Below are positions 22,998 through 35,357 of a DNA stretch of 64,000 bases, piece after piece. The DNA lies in NCBI RefSeq assembly GCF_006345805.1, contig NC_043001.1, forward strand, positions 62,806,001 to 62,870,000, read 5' to 3'. The translations under genes and the position numbers were made by a program. The notes beneath the pieces were generated by a model. It was not told where the DNA came from and did no database searches. It saw only the letters and a list, made by a program, of their open reading frames with translations. Numbering within the stretch: the stretch's first letter is position 1; each line of letters begins with the position of its first letter. This stretch comes from Octopus sinensis (lineage: Eukaryota).

Positions 22998-25740
22998 TCA
23001 TCATCATCATCATCATCATTAAGCGTCCGCTTTCCATGCTAGCATGGGTTGGACGGGTCAACTGGGGTCTGTGAAGCTGGAAGGCTTCGTCAGGCCCAGT
23101 CAGATCTGGCAGTGTTTCTACGGCTGGATGCCCTTCCTAACGCCAACCACTCCGTGAGTGTAGTGGGTGTTTTTTACGTGCCACCTGCACAGGTGCCAGA
23201 CAGAGCTGGCGAACGGCCACAAACGGATGGTGCTTTTACGTGTCACCAGCACGGGGCCAGGCGATGCTGGCAACGGACACAAACAGATGGTGCTTTTACG
23301 TGCCACCGACACGGGGCCAGACAGAGCTGGCAAACGGCCACGAACGGATGGTGCTTTTAGTGTCACCGGCACGGGGGCCAGCCGAGGCTGACAACGAACA
23401 CGAACGGATGGTGCTTTTACATGCCACCGACACGGGGCCAGACAGAGCTGGCAAACGGCCACGAACGGACGGTGCTTTTATGTGTCACCGGCACGGGGGC
23501 CAGCCGAGGCTGGCAACGGACGCGAACGGATGGTGCTTTTACGTGCCACCGACACGGGGCCAGACAGAGCTGGCAAACGGCCACGAACGGACGGTGCTTT
23601 TATGTGTCACCGGCACGGGGGCCAGCCGAGGCTGGCAACGGACGCGAACGGATGGTGCTTTTACGTGCCACCGACACGGTTGCCAGACAGAGCTGACAAA
23701 CGGCCACGAACGGACGGTGCTTTTACGTGTCACCGGCACGGGGGCCAGCCGAGGCTGGCAACGAACACGAACGGATGGTGCTTTTACATGCCACCGACAC
23801 GGGGCCAGACAGAGCTGGCAAACGGCCACGAACGGACGGTGCTTTTACGTGTCACCGGCACGGGGCCAGGCAGAGCTGGCAAACGGCCACGAGCGAATGG
23901 TGCTTTTACGTATCACCGGCACGGGTGCCAGACGAGGCTGACAGCGGACACGAACGGATGGGTCACTTAACCCCTGCTTTCTGATATATGATTTGATTTT
24001 GATTGTTCTCACTGGTCTTGCCGGGTCTTCTCACGCACAGCATACTTCCATAGGTCTCGGTCTCTGGTCATTTCCTTGGTGAGACCTAGAGTTCGAAGGT
24101 CGTGCTTCACCACCTTGACCCAGGTTTTCCTGGGTCTACTTCTTCCACAGGTCCCCTCAACTGCCAGGGTGTGGGACTTTTTCACACACCTATCTTCATC
24201 CATTCTCACCACATGACCATACCAGCGCAATCGTCTCTCTTGCACACAACATCTGATGGCTCTTAGGTCCAACTTTTCTCTCAAGGTACTTACACTCTGT
24301 CGACTATGAACACTGACATTACACATCCAACGGAGCATACTAGCTTCATTTCTCGCGAGCTTACGCATGTCCTCAGCAGTCACGGCCCATGTTTCACTGC
24401 CATATAGCATGGCTGTTCGTACACATGCATCATACAGTCTGCCTTTTACTCTGAGCGAGAGGCCTTTAGTCACCAACAGAGGTAAGAGCTCCCTAAACTT
24501 TGCCCAGGCTATTCTTACTCTAGCCGTTACACTTTCAGCACACCCACCCCCACTACTGACTTGGTCACCAAGATAACGGAAGCTATCAACTACTTCTAGT
24601 TTTTCCCCCTGGAAAGTGACGGAAGTTGTTTTCTGCAGATTTTCAGAGGTTAATGCTCCCGAGCATCTGCCACATACAAAAACCATCTTCCTAGTTAGCC
24701 TTCCTATGACATTGCTGCACCTCTTATGTGTCCATAGCTTACACTGGTGCATCTTATAGAGTTTCTACCTACACCTTTTCTACAGATCGAGCAGGGCCAT
24801 CTACCTGAAGGCGTTTGTGATTTGTCTACCTTCCTACTTATTAGGACTTTGGTTTTAGCTAGGTTGACTCTAAGGCCCTTCGATTCTAAACCATGCTACC
24901 ACACCTGAGACTTCTTCTCCAGTTCTGATAATGACTCAGCAATTAGAGCAAGGTCATCAGCATAGAGGAGCTCCCAGGGGCATCCTGTCTTGAATTCCTC
25001 CGTTATTGCCTGGAGGACTATGATAAATAGGAGGGGGCTGAGGACTGAGCCTTGGTGGACCCCACCTCTACACGGAATTCTTCACTGTACTCATTTCCAA
25101 CCCTCACCTTACTAGCAGCATCCCTGTACATGGCTTGCACAGCTCTCACTAACCATTCATCTATTCCTAGTTTCCTCATTGACCACCATATGAGGGATCG
25201 GGGGACCCTGTCGAAGGCTTTCTCCATGTCAACAAAAGCCAGGTACAGGGGCTTATCTTTGGCTAGGTATTTCTCCTGCAGCTGCCTTACCAGGAATATA
25301 GCATCAGTGGTACTTTTCCCTGGCACAAAACCAAACTGCATCTCATCTAAACTAACTCTCTCTCTAATTAGTTGGCTTATGACCCTCTCTGTAACCTTCA
25401 TCACCTGATCCAACAGCTTGATACCTCTGTAATTATTTGTATCTAGGGCATCACCTTTACCTTTGTAGCAGTTGACTATTATGTTGCTACACCAGTCATT
25501 GGGTATGACTCCTTCATGTATCACCTGATTAACTATACAGGTGACTAGGCTATAGCCGACACTACCAGATATTTTGAGCATCTCTGCAGTGATACCAGAT
25601 GGGCCTGGGACTTTCCCTGTCTTCATGCTTCTAATTGCCTTAGCTACCAAGGAACTATCAACCCTGATAGCTGGTCCCTCTGTTGGGTCAACGTTCGGCA
25701 GACTCTCTTTATCCCATTCATTTTCTTTATTCAGCAACCT
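22998..25740 (-). mobile_element. Young 5'-truncated RTE LINE with expanded 3' UTR array
   Basis: ORFs 25018..25737 and 24009..24752 are nearly identical to ORF 31641..33506; (GAT)n tail at 22998; 5' junction abuts (TA)n. Confidence 0.95.
23165..23960 (-). repeat. Tandem array of ~61-bp units (12 units plus the terminal unit) in the RTE 3' UTR
   Basis: GGTGCTTTT recurs at 23229, 23289, 23350, 23410, 23471, 23532, 23593, 23654, 23716, 23777, 23838, 23899. Confidence 0.95.
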
Positions 25741-25742
25741 TC

Positions 25743-25799
<57 letters not shown>

Positions 25800-26694
25800 C
25801 AGAGAATGAGACATCGTTCATCTGTCTCTCAACCACACCTCCACCTACACAAAAATTAGTTTGAGAAAGAGAGGGGGGCAGAGAGAGATCAGAAACAAAA
25901 ATTAGAACGTGACATTTCTGCTAACCTGTCGTAATTGCTTAATTAAGACTTTGTTTAAATTGAAAGGTGCAAATATGTGACTATGTGACGAGGTTGAAAA
26001 AAAATACCCCAATATCTCTACATCAGCAAGATATCGTCTTATTTGGTCGAATGTGAATTCAGTACAGGAGAAACTGGTTTGAAATTGGAACATGTGGCGA
26101 TCTACGGCTGAAGTTAACAAAATTATCTCCTCAAATCAAGGATCTGTGCCGTATGCACCAGGCACAGGGTTCTCACTAAATTAGCCGGTGTCTGTTGGCC
26201 AGGTAATTAAATTAAAAATCGTGTTTCTATATTTGAAAAAAAAATGTTGATGGGTACCAGAGTTTTTGTTATTAAAAAGTGGCTCGCCGGAAAAAATGGT
26301 TGGGAAACACTGATCTCACGGAAGTCTGTATAATCAACTGAATCAATCGGGTATAGTGCTTATCTAATTGACTACTATTTTGCTACACTCATAGCCCTGC
26401 GGAAATGTCATAAAAAAGAAAATGAAGGACATATATATATAACATATATTTCTGTTTATTCGTATAAATCATTGAAATTGTTGCACAGACACGACTACAC
26501 CAATTATACACTCTTTCTATATCACCCCACTCCATTTTTCGAACCGCAATTCATTCAACGAAAAAAACAACAAAAAATCCAATTCGCCACCCTCTTTTCA
26601 GAACCAGAATATGGGATTTGTAGCATATTAGGGTAAGGAGGTCAAAGTACTTGATTCCACGCAAAAAATCCGAATTAAAAAAAAATTAATTTTT

Positions 26695-29160
26695 CATCGT
26701 CATCGTTTAACGTCCGTTTTCCGCGCTAGCACGGGTTGGACGGTTCGACCGGGGTCTAGGAAGCCAGGGGCTGCACCAGGCTCCAGTCTGATCTGGCAGA
26801 GTTTCTACAGCTTGATGCCCTTCTACAGCTGAACGCCAACTACTCCGCGAGTGTAGTGGGTGCTTTTTACGTTCCACCTGCACAGGTGCCAGGTGGGGTC
26901 CGGCATCGGTCACGATCGGTTGGAGCTTTTAACGTGCCACCGGCACGGAAGCCAGCCAGGGCGGCGCTGGCAACGGCCACGTTCGGATAGTGATTTTTGT
27001 GTGCCACTGGCACAGGAGCCAGTTGGCGCGGCGCTGGCATCGGCCACGTTCGGATGGTGCTTTTTATGTGCCACCGGCACAGAAGCCACTAGAGTCGGGG
27101 CTGGCTACGGCCACGTTCAGATGGTGCTTTTTATGTGCCACCGGCACAGGTATCACAACTACTATTTCCATTGATATTTATTTCGATGTTCATGTTCATG
27201 TACTTGACTCAACAGGTCTCCTCAAGCACAGCGGGACTTTCTGGGATCCAGGGTACTTTGAATGGGCAGGGGCTATGCAGAACTGGTGCAGGAAGCAGAC
27301 CGGGTCTTTGCAGTCACAGCATATCTCCAGAGATCTCGGTCCTTCGCCATTGCCTCAGTGAGGCCCAATGCTCTGAGGTCATGCTTGACTACCTCATCCC
27401 ATGTCTACCTCTCCCCTTGATACCTTCAACTTTTTGGGAGTGGCACTTCTTCACACATCTCTCCTCATCCATCCGCAGAACATGACCCAAGCGTCACTCT
27501 TGCACACCACATCTGATGCTTCTTATGTCCAGCATTTCTCTCAGGGTGCTTACACTCTGCCGTGCATGCACACTGACATTACACATCCAGCGGAACATGC
27601 TAGCTTCATTTCTTTCAAGCCTACGCATGTCCTCTGCAGTCACAGCCCATGTTTCACTACCGTGAAGCATGGCAGTTGGCACACATGCATCAAACAATCT
27701 ACCTTTCGCTCTGAACTTTGCCCAGGCTATTCGTATTCTAGTGGTGATACTCTCTGAGCATCCACCTCCACAACTAACTTGGTCACCCAGGTAGCGGAAA
27801 CTATGAACTACTTCTAATTTCTGCCCTTGGAGTGAGATGGAATCTGTTTTCTGTGTGTCTGTGGTGTCTATTGTCCCTGTGCATCTGCCGCACATGAAAG
27901 CTATCTTATCAGTTAATTTCCCTTTAATGTTGCTGCACCTCTTATGCGTCCATAGCTTACATTGGGTGCATCTTATGGAGTTTCTACCTACACCTTTCCT
28001 ACAGATCGAGCAGGGCCACCTGCCCGAGGGGGTGTGTGCTGAGTTCGCCTTTCTGCTTACTATAACTTTGGTCTTTGCTACATTTACTCTAAGGCCCTTT
28101 GATTCTAACCCTTGCTTCCACACCCGAAATTTCTTTTCCAGTTCCGGTAGTGATTCTGCTATGAGAGCCAGGTCATCAGCATAGAGGAGCTCCCAGGGGC
28201 ATCCTGTTTGGAATTCCTCTGTTATTGCTTGGAGGACTATGATGAATAAAAGGGGACTGAGAGCTGAGCCTTGGTGTACACCTACTTCTACCTGGAATTC
28301 TTCACTATATTCGTTGCCAATCCTAACCTTGCTGACAGCCTCTCTGTATAGAGCCTGTACAGCCCTTATTAGCCATTCACCAATCTCCAGTTTCCGCATC
28401 GACCACCAGATAAGGGATCGGGGAACCCTGTCAAAGGCTTTCTCCAAGTCCACAAAAGCTATGTAGAGGGGTTTATCTTTAGCTAGGTACTTCTCCTGCA
28501 GTTGTCGAACCAGGAATATAGCATCAGTAGTGCTTCTACCTGGCACAAAACCGAACTGCATCTCATCTAAGCAAATTCTCTCCCTAATGAGATGGGTTAT
28601 GACCCTCTCTGTGACCTTCATCACCTGATCCAACAGTTTAATACCCCTGTAGTTATTTCTATCTAGAGCATCCCCCTTACCCTTGTAGCAGTTGACTATG
28701 GTGCTGCTACGCCAGTCATTGGGCATGACTCCATTATGAACTACCTGGTTTACAATGCGGGTGACTAGGCCATACCCCACATAGCCAGCTATTTTAAGCA
28801 TCTCAGCAGTGATTCCTGATGGGCCGGGGGCTTTACCTGGTTTCATATCCTTAATTGCCTTAACTACAAGGGAGCTGTCTATTCGGGTAGCTGGTCCCTC
28901 TACTGGGTCAACATTTGGCAGGCTCTCCTCCTCCCATTCATTCTCCTCATTCAGCAGTCTTTCATAATGGCTTCTCCAAGCCTCTTTCTTTTCACCAACA
29001 GTAAAAGCAAGTGCCCCATCATCCATGTGGACACATTTCTCTCCTGTAGCATCACTATATTCTCTCACACACTGTCTGGCAATCCGAAATACCTCAGCTC
29101 GTTGGTCCTCACGTCGCTGGACATTGGCAAACTTCTTCTTTTCTGCTACATCTTTGGCTA
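26695..29160 (-). mobile_element. 5'-truncated RTE LINE, second subfamily
   Basis: ORF 27494..29068 (524 aa) with complete RT motifs and Cys finger; small deletion near FRAKGRLF; 3' UTR with repeat units. Confidence 0.95.
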
Positions 29161-29425
29161 TTCAGTGAATATACATATATACAATTACGAAGTCGAGGCA
29201 AATATCACCAGCTGACCGGTGTCTGCTACTCTAGGCCGATGAAGGACAACGATCCTGAAACACGGTGTCCCTAGATGCAGTTCCGGCAGCTGGGGGTGTT
29301 TGTCTCCCCTTCGTATATGTATATACACAGGGAAAAAATGTGTCAAAGCTATCAGGAGGCTATACAGCGGTGGTGTACCCCCTACTGTCACGTTCTTGTT
29401 AGATTGACAGTATACAACCAGTCTA
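29160..29425 (+). mobile_element. Short non-coding element carrying a hammerhead ribozyme (retrozyme or Penelope-LTR-like)
   Basis: Homologous to the inverted copy at 56910-57294; ends GATTGACAGTATACAACCAGTCTATA then (TA)n. Confidence 0.7.
29230..29275 (+). ncRNA. Minimal type I hammerhead ribozyme motif
   Basis: Stem I TCTAGG/CCTAGA; core CCGATGA; stem II AGGA-CAACGA-TCCT; GAAA; near-palindromic stem III ACAC-G-GTGT; GTC cleavage triplet (cut after 29269). U4 is C. Confidence 0.75.
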
Positions 29426-30716
29426 TATATATATATATATATAATTTATATTTATTTATTTTTGTTTATTTGGCACTTACTAACTTATAATTAATTTAAT
29501 TTAATTTATAATTAATTAACTTATATCTAAGTTAATAGTAACTTCTGTTTACTTTTTGTGTATGTATATATACGTCTTTGGATGGGCAGACATATATTTT
29601 AATTTATTATTTAGTGGATGTGGGTTGAGGTGTTGAGGTGTGTGAAATGTGTATGTGTACGTGTATATGTTTTGGTACGTATAGGTATGTTCGTGGGTGG
29701 ATGTACGGATGTATGTTTTTCTTATACATATGAGTACGCAGGTGCGTATTTGGATATGTATATATGTATATACAAATATTTATTCAGGGGTGGATATAAG
29801 TATAGGTTTTATTTGTACGTATGAGTGCGCAGACATATATTTAAATATGCATATATGTGTGTGTGCGAATGTTCCCTGATACAGTATATGAGAGTGTATT
29901 AATATTTATGAGTATATGCAGATGTTCGTGTGAGTGTGTGTGTGTTAGTGTATAGACATTGCTGCCTGTACTGATTTGTCTATAAGCCATGCGATGACAG
30001 ACATACACTCTGCAATCTGGTGAATGTGTCGGGGTGTGGTCATGTGTGTGTGCATGTGTGTGTGGGTTGGATGTGGATGTGTATGTTTTTCTTGTGCGGT
30101 GTGGTGGAGGTCAGGCGGCTCTCAACAGACCAACCATGAGAAAGACAATGATAATTTAAATTCAAATCCAATAGTGTATTTATGTCATAAGGAAAATTAC
30201 TAACTGGAACCTGGACATACATATGTGCCACTTTGGATCCTAATGTAAGCGTTATTAATAATATTATGAATGATAATAATGGTAGCATTAATGGTATTGA
30301 CAACGATAATGATGCTAACTTTAATGACACTTTGGAAATTAGTAGGAAGTAATATAATGTACTATTGACTATGTATATTTGCATCTAGGTACTACTATGT
30401 GTATGTTTACTATCACAATATTAAGTTGAAAAACTGAAACATTGAATATGGAACATATATATGTTTACTAATTTATATTATTTATTTACGTTATTATATA
30501 TATGTATATTTTTATATGTATAGGAGTGTGAGTATATGTACTCATAGGTATATCTCCGAAGAGGCCTTAAGATATTTTTGTAAATGTCTCATTTATATCT
30601 ATATATCTATATATTGACCTACCACAAAGGGCTAATATTGGTAAAATGAGACATACTTATCTGCATGGCAGAAACAGCTGTAAGATGTAATCTATACTTA
30701 TATCTATATTTACTTA

Positions 30717-33700
30717 TCAGAGTATGCGACAGAATACTTAAGATTAGATTAGCACTTCATCATAGTTTAGCAACCATTATATCAGCCTATGCTCCTCAGT
30801 CGGGGCTACCTGATGGACAGAAAGACCGATTCTATGACACTCTACTGCAGACTACCTCGTTGACAAACGACAGAGACCTTCTCTTTGTGGCTGGTGACTT
30901 CAATGGTCACGTTGGACAACATGCTGGGGGCTTCCATGGCGTACATGGAGGCTATGGCTCTGGTTCCCGCAACGAGGAGGGAACCAGGCTGCTGGAGTTC
31001 AGCGATGCAAATAATCTTATGATTTGCAACACTAACTTCAGGAAACCTACCAGCCACCTAGTCACCTACCGATCGGGCCAACATACCAGCCAAATTGACT
31101 ACATCCTTGCCAGGCAAAGGGAGAGATGGCTACTTATAAGTGCCAAAACCTTCCCAGGCGAAGAATGTACCCCACAACATAGACTGGTAGTTAGTGACTT
31201 TAGGATCAGGAGTAGGAGGACAACCAGAAGACGACCAACATGGAGAAGAAGGATCTGGAAGCTTAAGGATCCTGTGAATGGACAGAGATTTAGAGACATG
31301 TTCCTTGAACCCTTTGACGAAGTAGAAGGGGATAGAGTATCACATGGGGTAGAGGACAACTGGACGTTTCTAAGGGACAACCTGCTGAGAGCCACTGACC
31401 AGATCTGTGGCTGGTGCAAAGTCCCCTCTCGTCCCAAGGTAACGTGGTGGTGGAACAGTGTCGTAGACAGGGCTATTAGAGAAAAGAGACAGACTTGGAA
31501 GCACTGGAAGAATGGTGGTAGCAGGGAATTGTATCAGACTGCTAAAAGGGAAGCTAGGAGACAGGTCTATCTAGCCAGAGGGGAAGCAGATAAGAAAAAA
31601 ATTTGCCAATGTTCTGCGCCGTGAGGACCAAAGACTGGAGGTGTTTCGCGTTGCAAGACAGTGTGTGAGAGAGAATTGTGATGTGGTGGGAGAGAAGTGT
31701 GTTCGCATGGAAGATGGCTCACTTGCGCTAAACGAGGATGCAAAGAGAGAGGCTTGGAGACGCCACTATAAAAGGTTGCTGAATAAAGAAAATGAATGGG
31801 ATAAAGAGAGTCTGCCGAACGTTGACCCAACAGAGGGACCAGCTATCAGGGTTGATAGTTCCTTAGTAGCTAAGGCAATTAGAAGCATGAAGACAGGGAA
31901 AGCCCCAGGCCCATCAGGTATCACTGCAGAGATGCTCAAAATATCTGGTAGTGTCGGCTATAGCCTAGTCACCTGTATAGTTAATCAGGTGATACATGAA
32001 GGAGTCATACCCAATGACTGGTGTAGCAGCATAATAGTCAACTGCTACAAAGGTAAAGGTGATGCCCTAGATACAAATAATTACAGAGGTATCAAGCTGT
32101 TGGATCAGGTGATGAAGGTTACAGAGAGGGTCATAAGCCAACTAATTAGAGAGAGAGTTAGTTTAGATGAGATGCAGTTTGGTTTCGTGCCAGGGAAAAG
32201 TACCACTGATGCTATATTCCTGGTAAGGCAGCTGCAGGAGAAATACCTAGCCAAAGATAAGCCCCTGTACCTGGCTTTTGTTGACATGGAGAAAGCCTTC
32301 GACAGGGTCCCCCGATCCCTCATATGGTGGTCAATGAGGAAACTAGGAATAGATGAATGGTTAGTGAGAGCTGTGCAAGCCATGTACAGGGACGCTGCTA
32401 GTAAGGTGAGGGTTGGCAATGAGTACAGTGAAGAATTCCGGGTAGAGGTAGGGGTCCACCAAGGCTCAGTCCTCAGCCCCCTCCTATTTATCATAGTCTT
32501 CCAGGCAATAACGGAGGAATTCAAGACAGGATGCCCCTGGGAGCTACTCTATGCTGATGACCTTGCTCTAATTGCTGAGTCATTATCAGAACTGGAGAAG
32601 AAGTTTCAGGTGTGGAAGCATGGTTTAGAATCGAAGGGCCTTGGAGTCAACCTAGCTAAAACCAAAGTCCTAATAAGTAGGAAGGTAGACAAATCACAAA
32701 CGCCTTCAGGTAGATGGCCCTGCTCGATCTGTAGAAAAGGTGTAGGTAGAAACTCTATAAGATGCACCAAGTGTAAGCTATGGACACATAAGAGGTGCAG
32801 CAATGTCATAGGAAGGCTAACTAGGAAGATGGTTTTTGTATGTGGCAGATGCTCGGGAGCATTAACCTCTGAAAATCTGCAGAAAACAACTTCCGTCACT
32901 TTCCAGGGGGAAAAACTAGAAGTAGTTGATAGCTTCCGTTATCTTGGTGACCAAGTCAGTAGTGGGGGTGGGTGTGCTGAAAGTGTAACGGCTAGAGTAA
33001 GAATAGCCTGGGCAAAGTTTAGGGAGCTCTTACCTCTGTTGGTGACTAAAGGCCTCTCGCTAAGAGTAAAAGGCAGACTGTATGATGCATGTGTGCGAAC
33101 AGCCATGCTACATGGCAGTGAAACATGGGCCGTGACTGCGGAGGACATGCGTAAGCTCGCGAGAAATGAAGCTAGTATGCTCCGTTGGATGTGTAATGTC
33201 AGTGTTCATAGTCGACAGAGTGTAAGTACCTTGAAAGAAAAGTTGGACCTAAGAGGCATCAGATGCTGTGTGCAAGAGAGACGATTGCGCTGGTATGGTC
33301 ATGTGGTGAGAATGGATGAAGATAGGTGTGTGAAAAAGTGCCACACCCTGGCAGTTGAGGGGACCTGTGGAAGAGGTAGACCCAGGAAAACCTGGGTCGA
33401 GGTGGTGAAGCACGACCTTCGAACTCTAGGTCTCACCAAGGAAATGACCAGAGACCGAGACCTATGGAAGTATGCTGTGCGTGAGAAGACCCGGCAAGAC
33501 CAGTGAGAACAATCAAAATCAAATCATATATCAGAAAGCAGGGGTTAAGTGACCCATCCGTTCGTGTCCGCTGTCAGCCTCGTCTGGCCCCCGTGCCGGT
33601 GATACGTAAAAGCACCATTCGCTCGTGGCCATTTGCCAGCTCTGCCTGGCCCCGTGTCGGTGGCACGTAAAAGCACCATCCGTTCGTGTTCGTTGCCAGC

Positions 33701-34023
33701 CTCGCCTGGCCCCGTGCCGGTGACACATAAAAGCACCGTCCATTCGTGGCCGTTTGCCAGCTCTGTCTGGCCCCGTGTCGGTGGCACGTAAAAGCACCAT
33801 CCGTTCGTGGCCGTTCGCCAGCTCTGTCTGGCACCAGTGCAGGTGGCACGTAAAAAACACCCACTACACTCGCGGAGTGGTTGGCGTTAGGAAGGGCATC
33901 CAGCCGTAGAAACACTGCCAGATCTGACTGGGCCTGACGAAGCCTTCCAGCTTCACAGACCCCAGTTGACCCGTCCAACCCATGCTAGCATGGAAAGCGG
34001 ACGCTAAATGATGATGATGATGA
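30717..34023 (+). mobile_element. Young RTE LINE, APE-RT almost intact (APE N-terminus truncated, one frameshift)
   Basis: ORFs 30665..31624 and 31641..33506 are separated only by a 7-A run near 31595 (6 A in the paralog at 40715); (GAT)n tail. Confidence 0.96.
31641..33506 (+). CDS. RTE reverse transcriptase (621-aa open segment) with embedded Cys/His finger
   Basis: QFGF, AFVDMEKAFD, QGSVLSP, YADD, FRYLG, LRWYGH, RGRPRKTW motifs. Confidence 0.92.
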   Translation: MFRVARQCVRENCDVVGEKCVRMEDGSLALNEDAKREAWRRHYKRLLNKENEWDKESLPNVDPTEGPAIRVDSSLVAKAIRSMKTGKAPGPSGITAEMLKISGSVGYSLVTCIVNQVIHEGVIPNDWCSSIIVNCYKGKGDALDTNNYRGIKLLDQVMKVTERVISQLIRERVSLDEMQFGFVPGKSTTDAIFLVRQLQEKYLAKDKPLYLAFVDMEKAFDRVPRSLIWWSMRKLGIDEWLVRAVQAMYRDAASKVRVGNEYSEEFRVEVGVHQGSVLSPLLFIIVFQAITEEFKTGCPWELLYADDLALIAESLSELEKKFQVWKHGLESKGLGVNLAKTKVLISRKVDKSQTPSGRWPCSICRKGVGRNSIRCTKCKLWTHKRCSNVIGRLTRKMVFVCGRCSGALTSENLQKTTSVTFQGEKLEVVDSFRYLGDQVSSGGGCAESVTARVRIAWAKFRELLPLLVTKGLSLRVKGRLYDACVRTAMLHGSETWAVTAEDMRKLARNEASMLRWMCNVSVHSRQSVSTLKEKLDLRGIRCCVQERRLRWYGHVVRMDEDRCVKKCHTLAVEGTCGRGRPRKTWVEVVKHDLRTLGLTKEMTRDRDLWKYAVREKTRQDQ

Positions 34024-34247
34024 TTCTACTTATTATACAACATTACTCTTTTATGTACACTTTTTTATGTACATTCCTTTATGTACAGTGATTTGCTCTG
34101 CTTTTTTATGTTTAACCCTACAGTCTCTTATGTGATGGTTTAATAAAGTATGTGATTGAGTATTATCAGGTAATTGATATTTGATTTAGATGTATTTCTC
34201 CATTTTCTTATCTTGTATATATATATATATATACACATATATATATA

Positions 34248-35273
34248 CTAGCATTAAAGACCCGTCGTTGCCGGGTCATAGTGCTAGTGCATGTATATAT
34301 GTGTACATCTATATATATACATCTACACATAAAATACAAAATACAAAGTTTAAAAATTTTTTTCCGGGACGTCCTACGTCGCAGATATAAAGGTAAAAAT
34401 AAAATATTTCCACTTTGCAAGTTCGAGTCGAGTACTCCCTTGCACGCTCCGTTGACTCGAACCTTGCTTCTATTGTGGTGAATTTACCGCCTCTGATTAG
34501 ATACCTTTCATAGTCGCACCAAGACACTTTTCAGAGGAGCTTTCCTCCATATGTTCAAATCTTCTTTTTTCTCTACATTGTATACTTTATAGACAATAGT
34601 CTTTTCTTTAATTTAATTTTTTATTATCCATCTGGACTATTCCATTCTGCACGCTAATTTTATTTTTAATTTATTCCCATTCATGTGAAACCACTTATTC
34701 AAGTTCAAGTCATTGATGCAATTTTATACCAATTGCTATTTTTACTTTTGTTATGTTACGATTATATTATACTTTAGTTTGATTTTAATTATTACTTACT
34801 ACATATAATTCAATTGTTATTATTTTTACTGTTAAAGTGAAAGTATCTGACATAAAATAGAGAAACGTTTTTGTTTCACTTTTAACACGTAATTCTGAAA
34901 TAGTGGAGAAGATATGATATTGCTATGGGCTCGCTCTAGGCAAGAAGTTGAACATTTTTTTGCCCATGAAACTACATGGACTCTAAGTAAGGCATGTGTA
35001 AAATTTGAATGGAATTAGTTGTGTAGTTCTCAAGTTTTAGGGAATCATAGTGGAGAAGATATGATATTGCTGTGGGCTCGCCCTAGGCAAAAAGTTAAAA
35101 ATTTATTTATGCAAGAAGTTGAACATTTTTTTTTTGCCCATGAAACTACATGGACCCTAAGTAAGGCATGTGTAAAATTTGAATGAAATTGGTTGTGCAG
35201 TTCTCAAGTTTTAGGGAAACACACAGACAGACAGACACACACACATCCACATTTTCAGTTTTATATATAAAGA
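34248..35273 (-). mobile_element. Non-autonomous Helitron
   Basis: Minus strand 5' A|TCTTTATATATAAAACTG, 3' GC-rich hairpin plus CTAG|T; 5' ~130 bp shared with the Helitron at 36675; internal ~140-bp tandem duplication at 34900-35215. Confidence 0.8.
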
Positions 35274-35357
35274 TGGTAAAATATCTCTTTACGTTCACCC
35301 ATTTAGTACACTAGGTAATGTAATTGCAATGCAATAAAAAACACTTGTGTATTAATA

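Noticed and set aside
23165-23960. CRISPR-like repeat/spacer appearance
   Set aside because: The 'spacers' are two alternating related variants rather than unique sequences, there are no cas genes, the context is eukaryotic, and the array is part of a LINE 3' UTR.
23240-23970. Long ORFs (233 aa, 162 aa etc.) across the array
   Set aside because: They are by-products of a GC-rich 61-bp tandem repeat that shifts frame each unit; there is no protein signal.
26165-26312. hAT-like MITE (CAGGGTT...GGTTGGGAAACACTG)
   Set aside because: The TIR match is partial and there is no 8-bp TSD.
33895-33950. Type II hammerhead-like GAAA...CTGACGA in the RTE tail
   Set aside because: Stem II cannot pair, and older copies have CTGGTGCA at this position.
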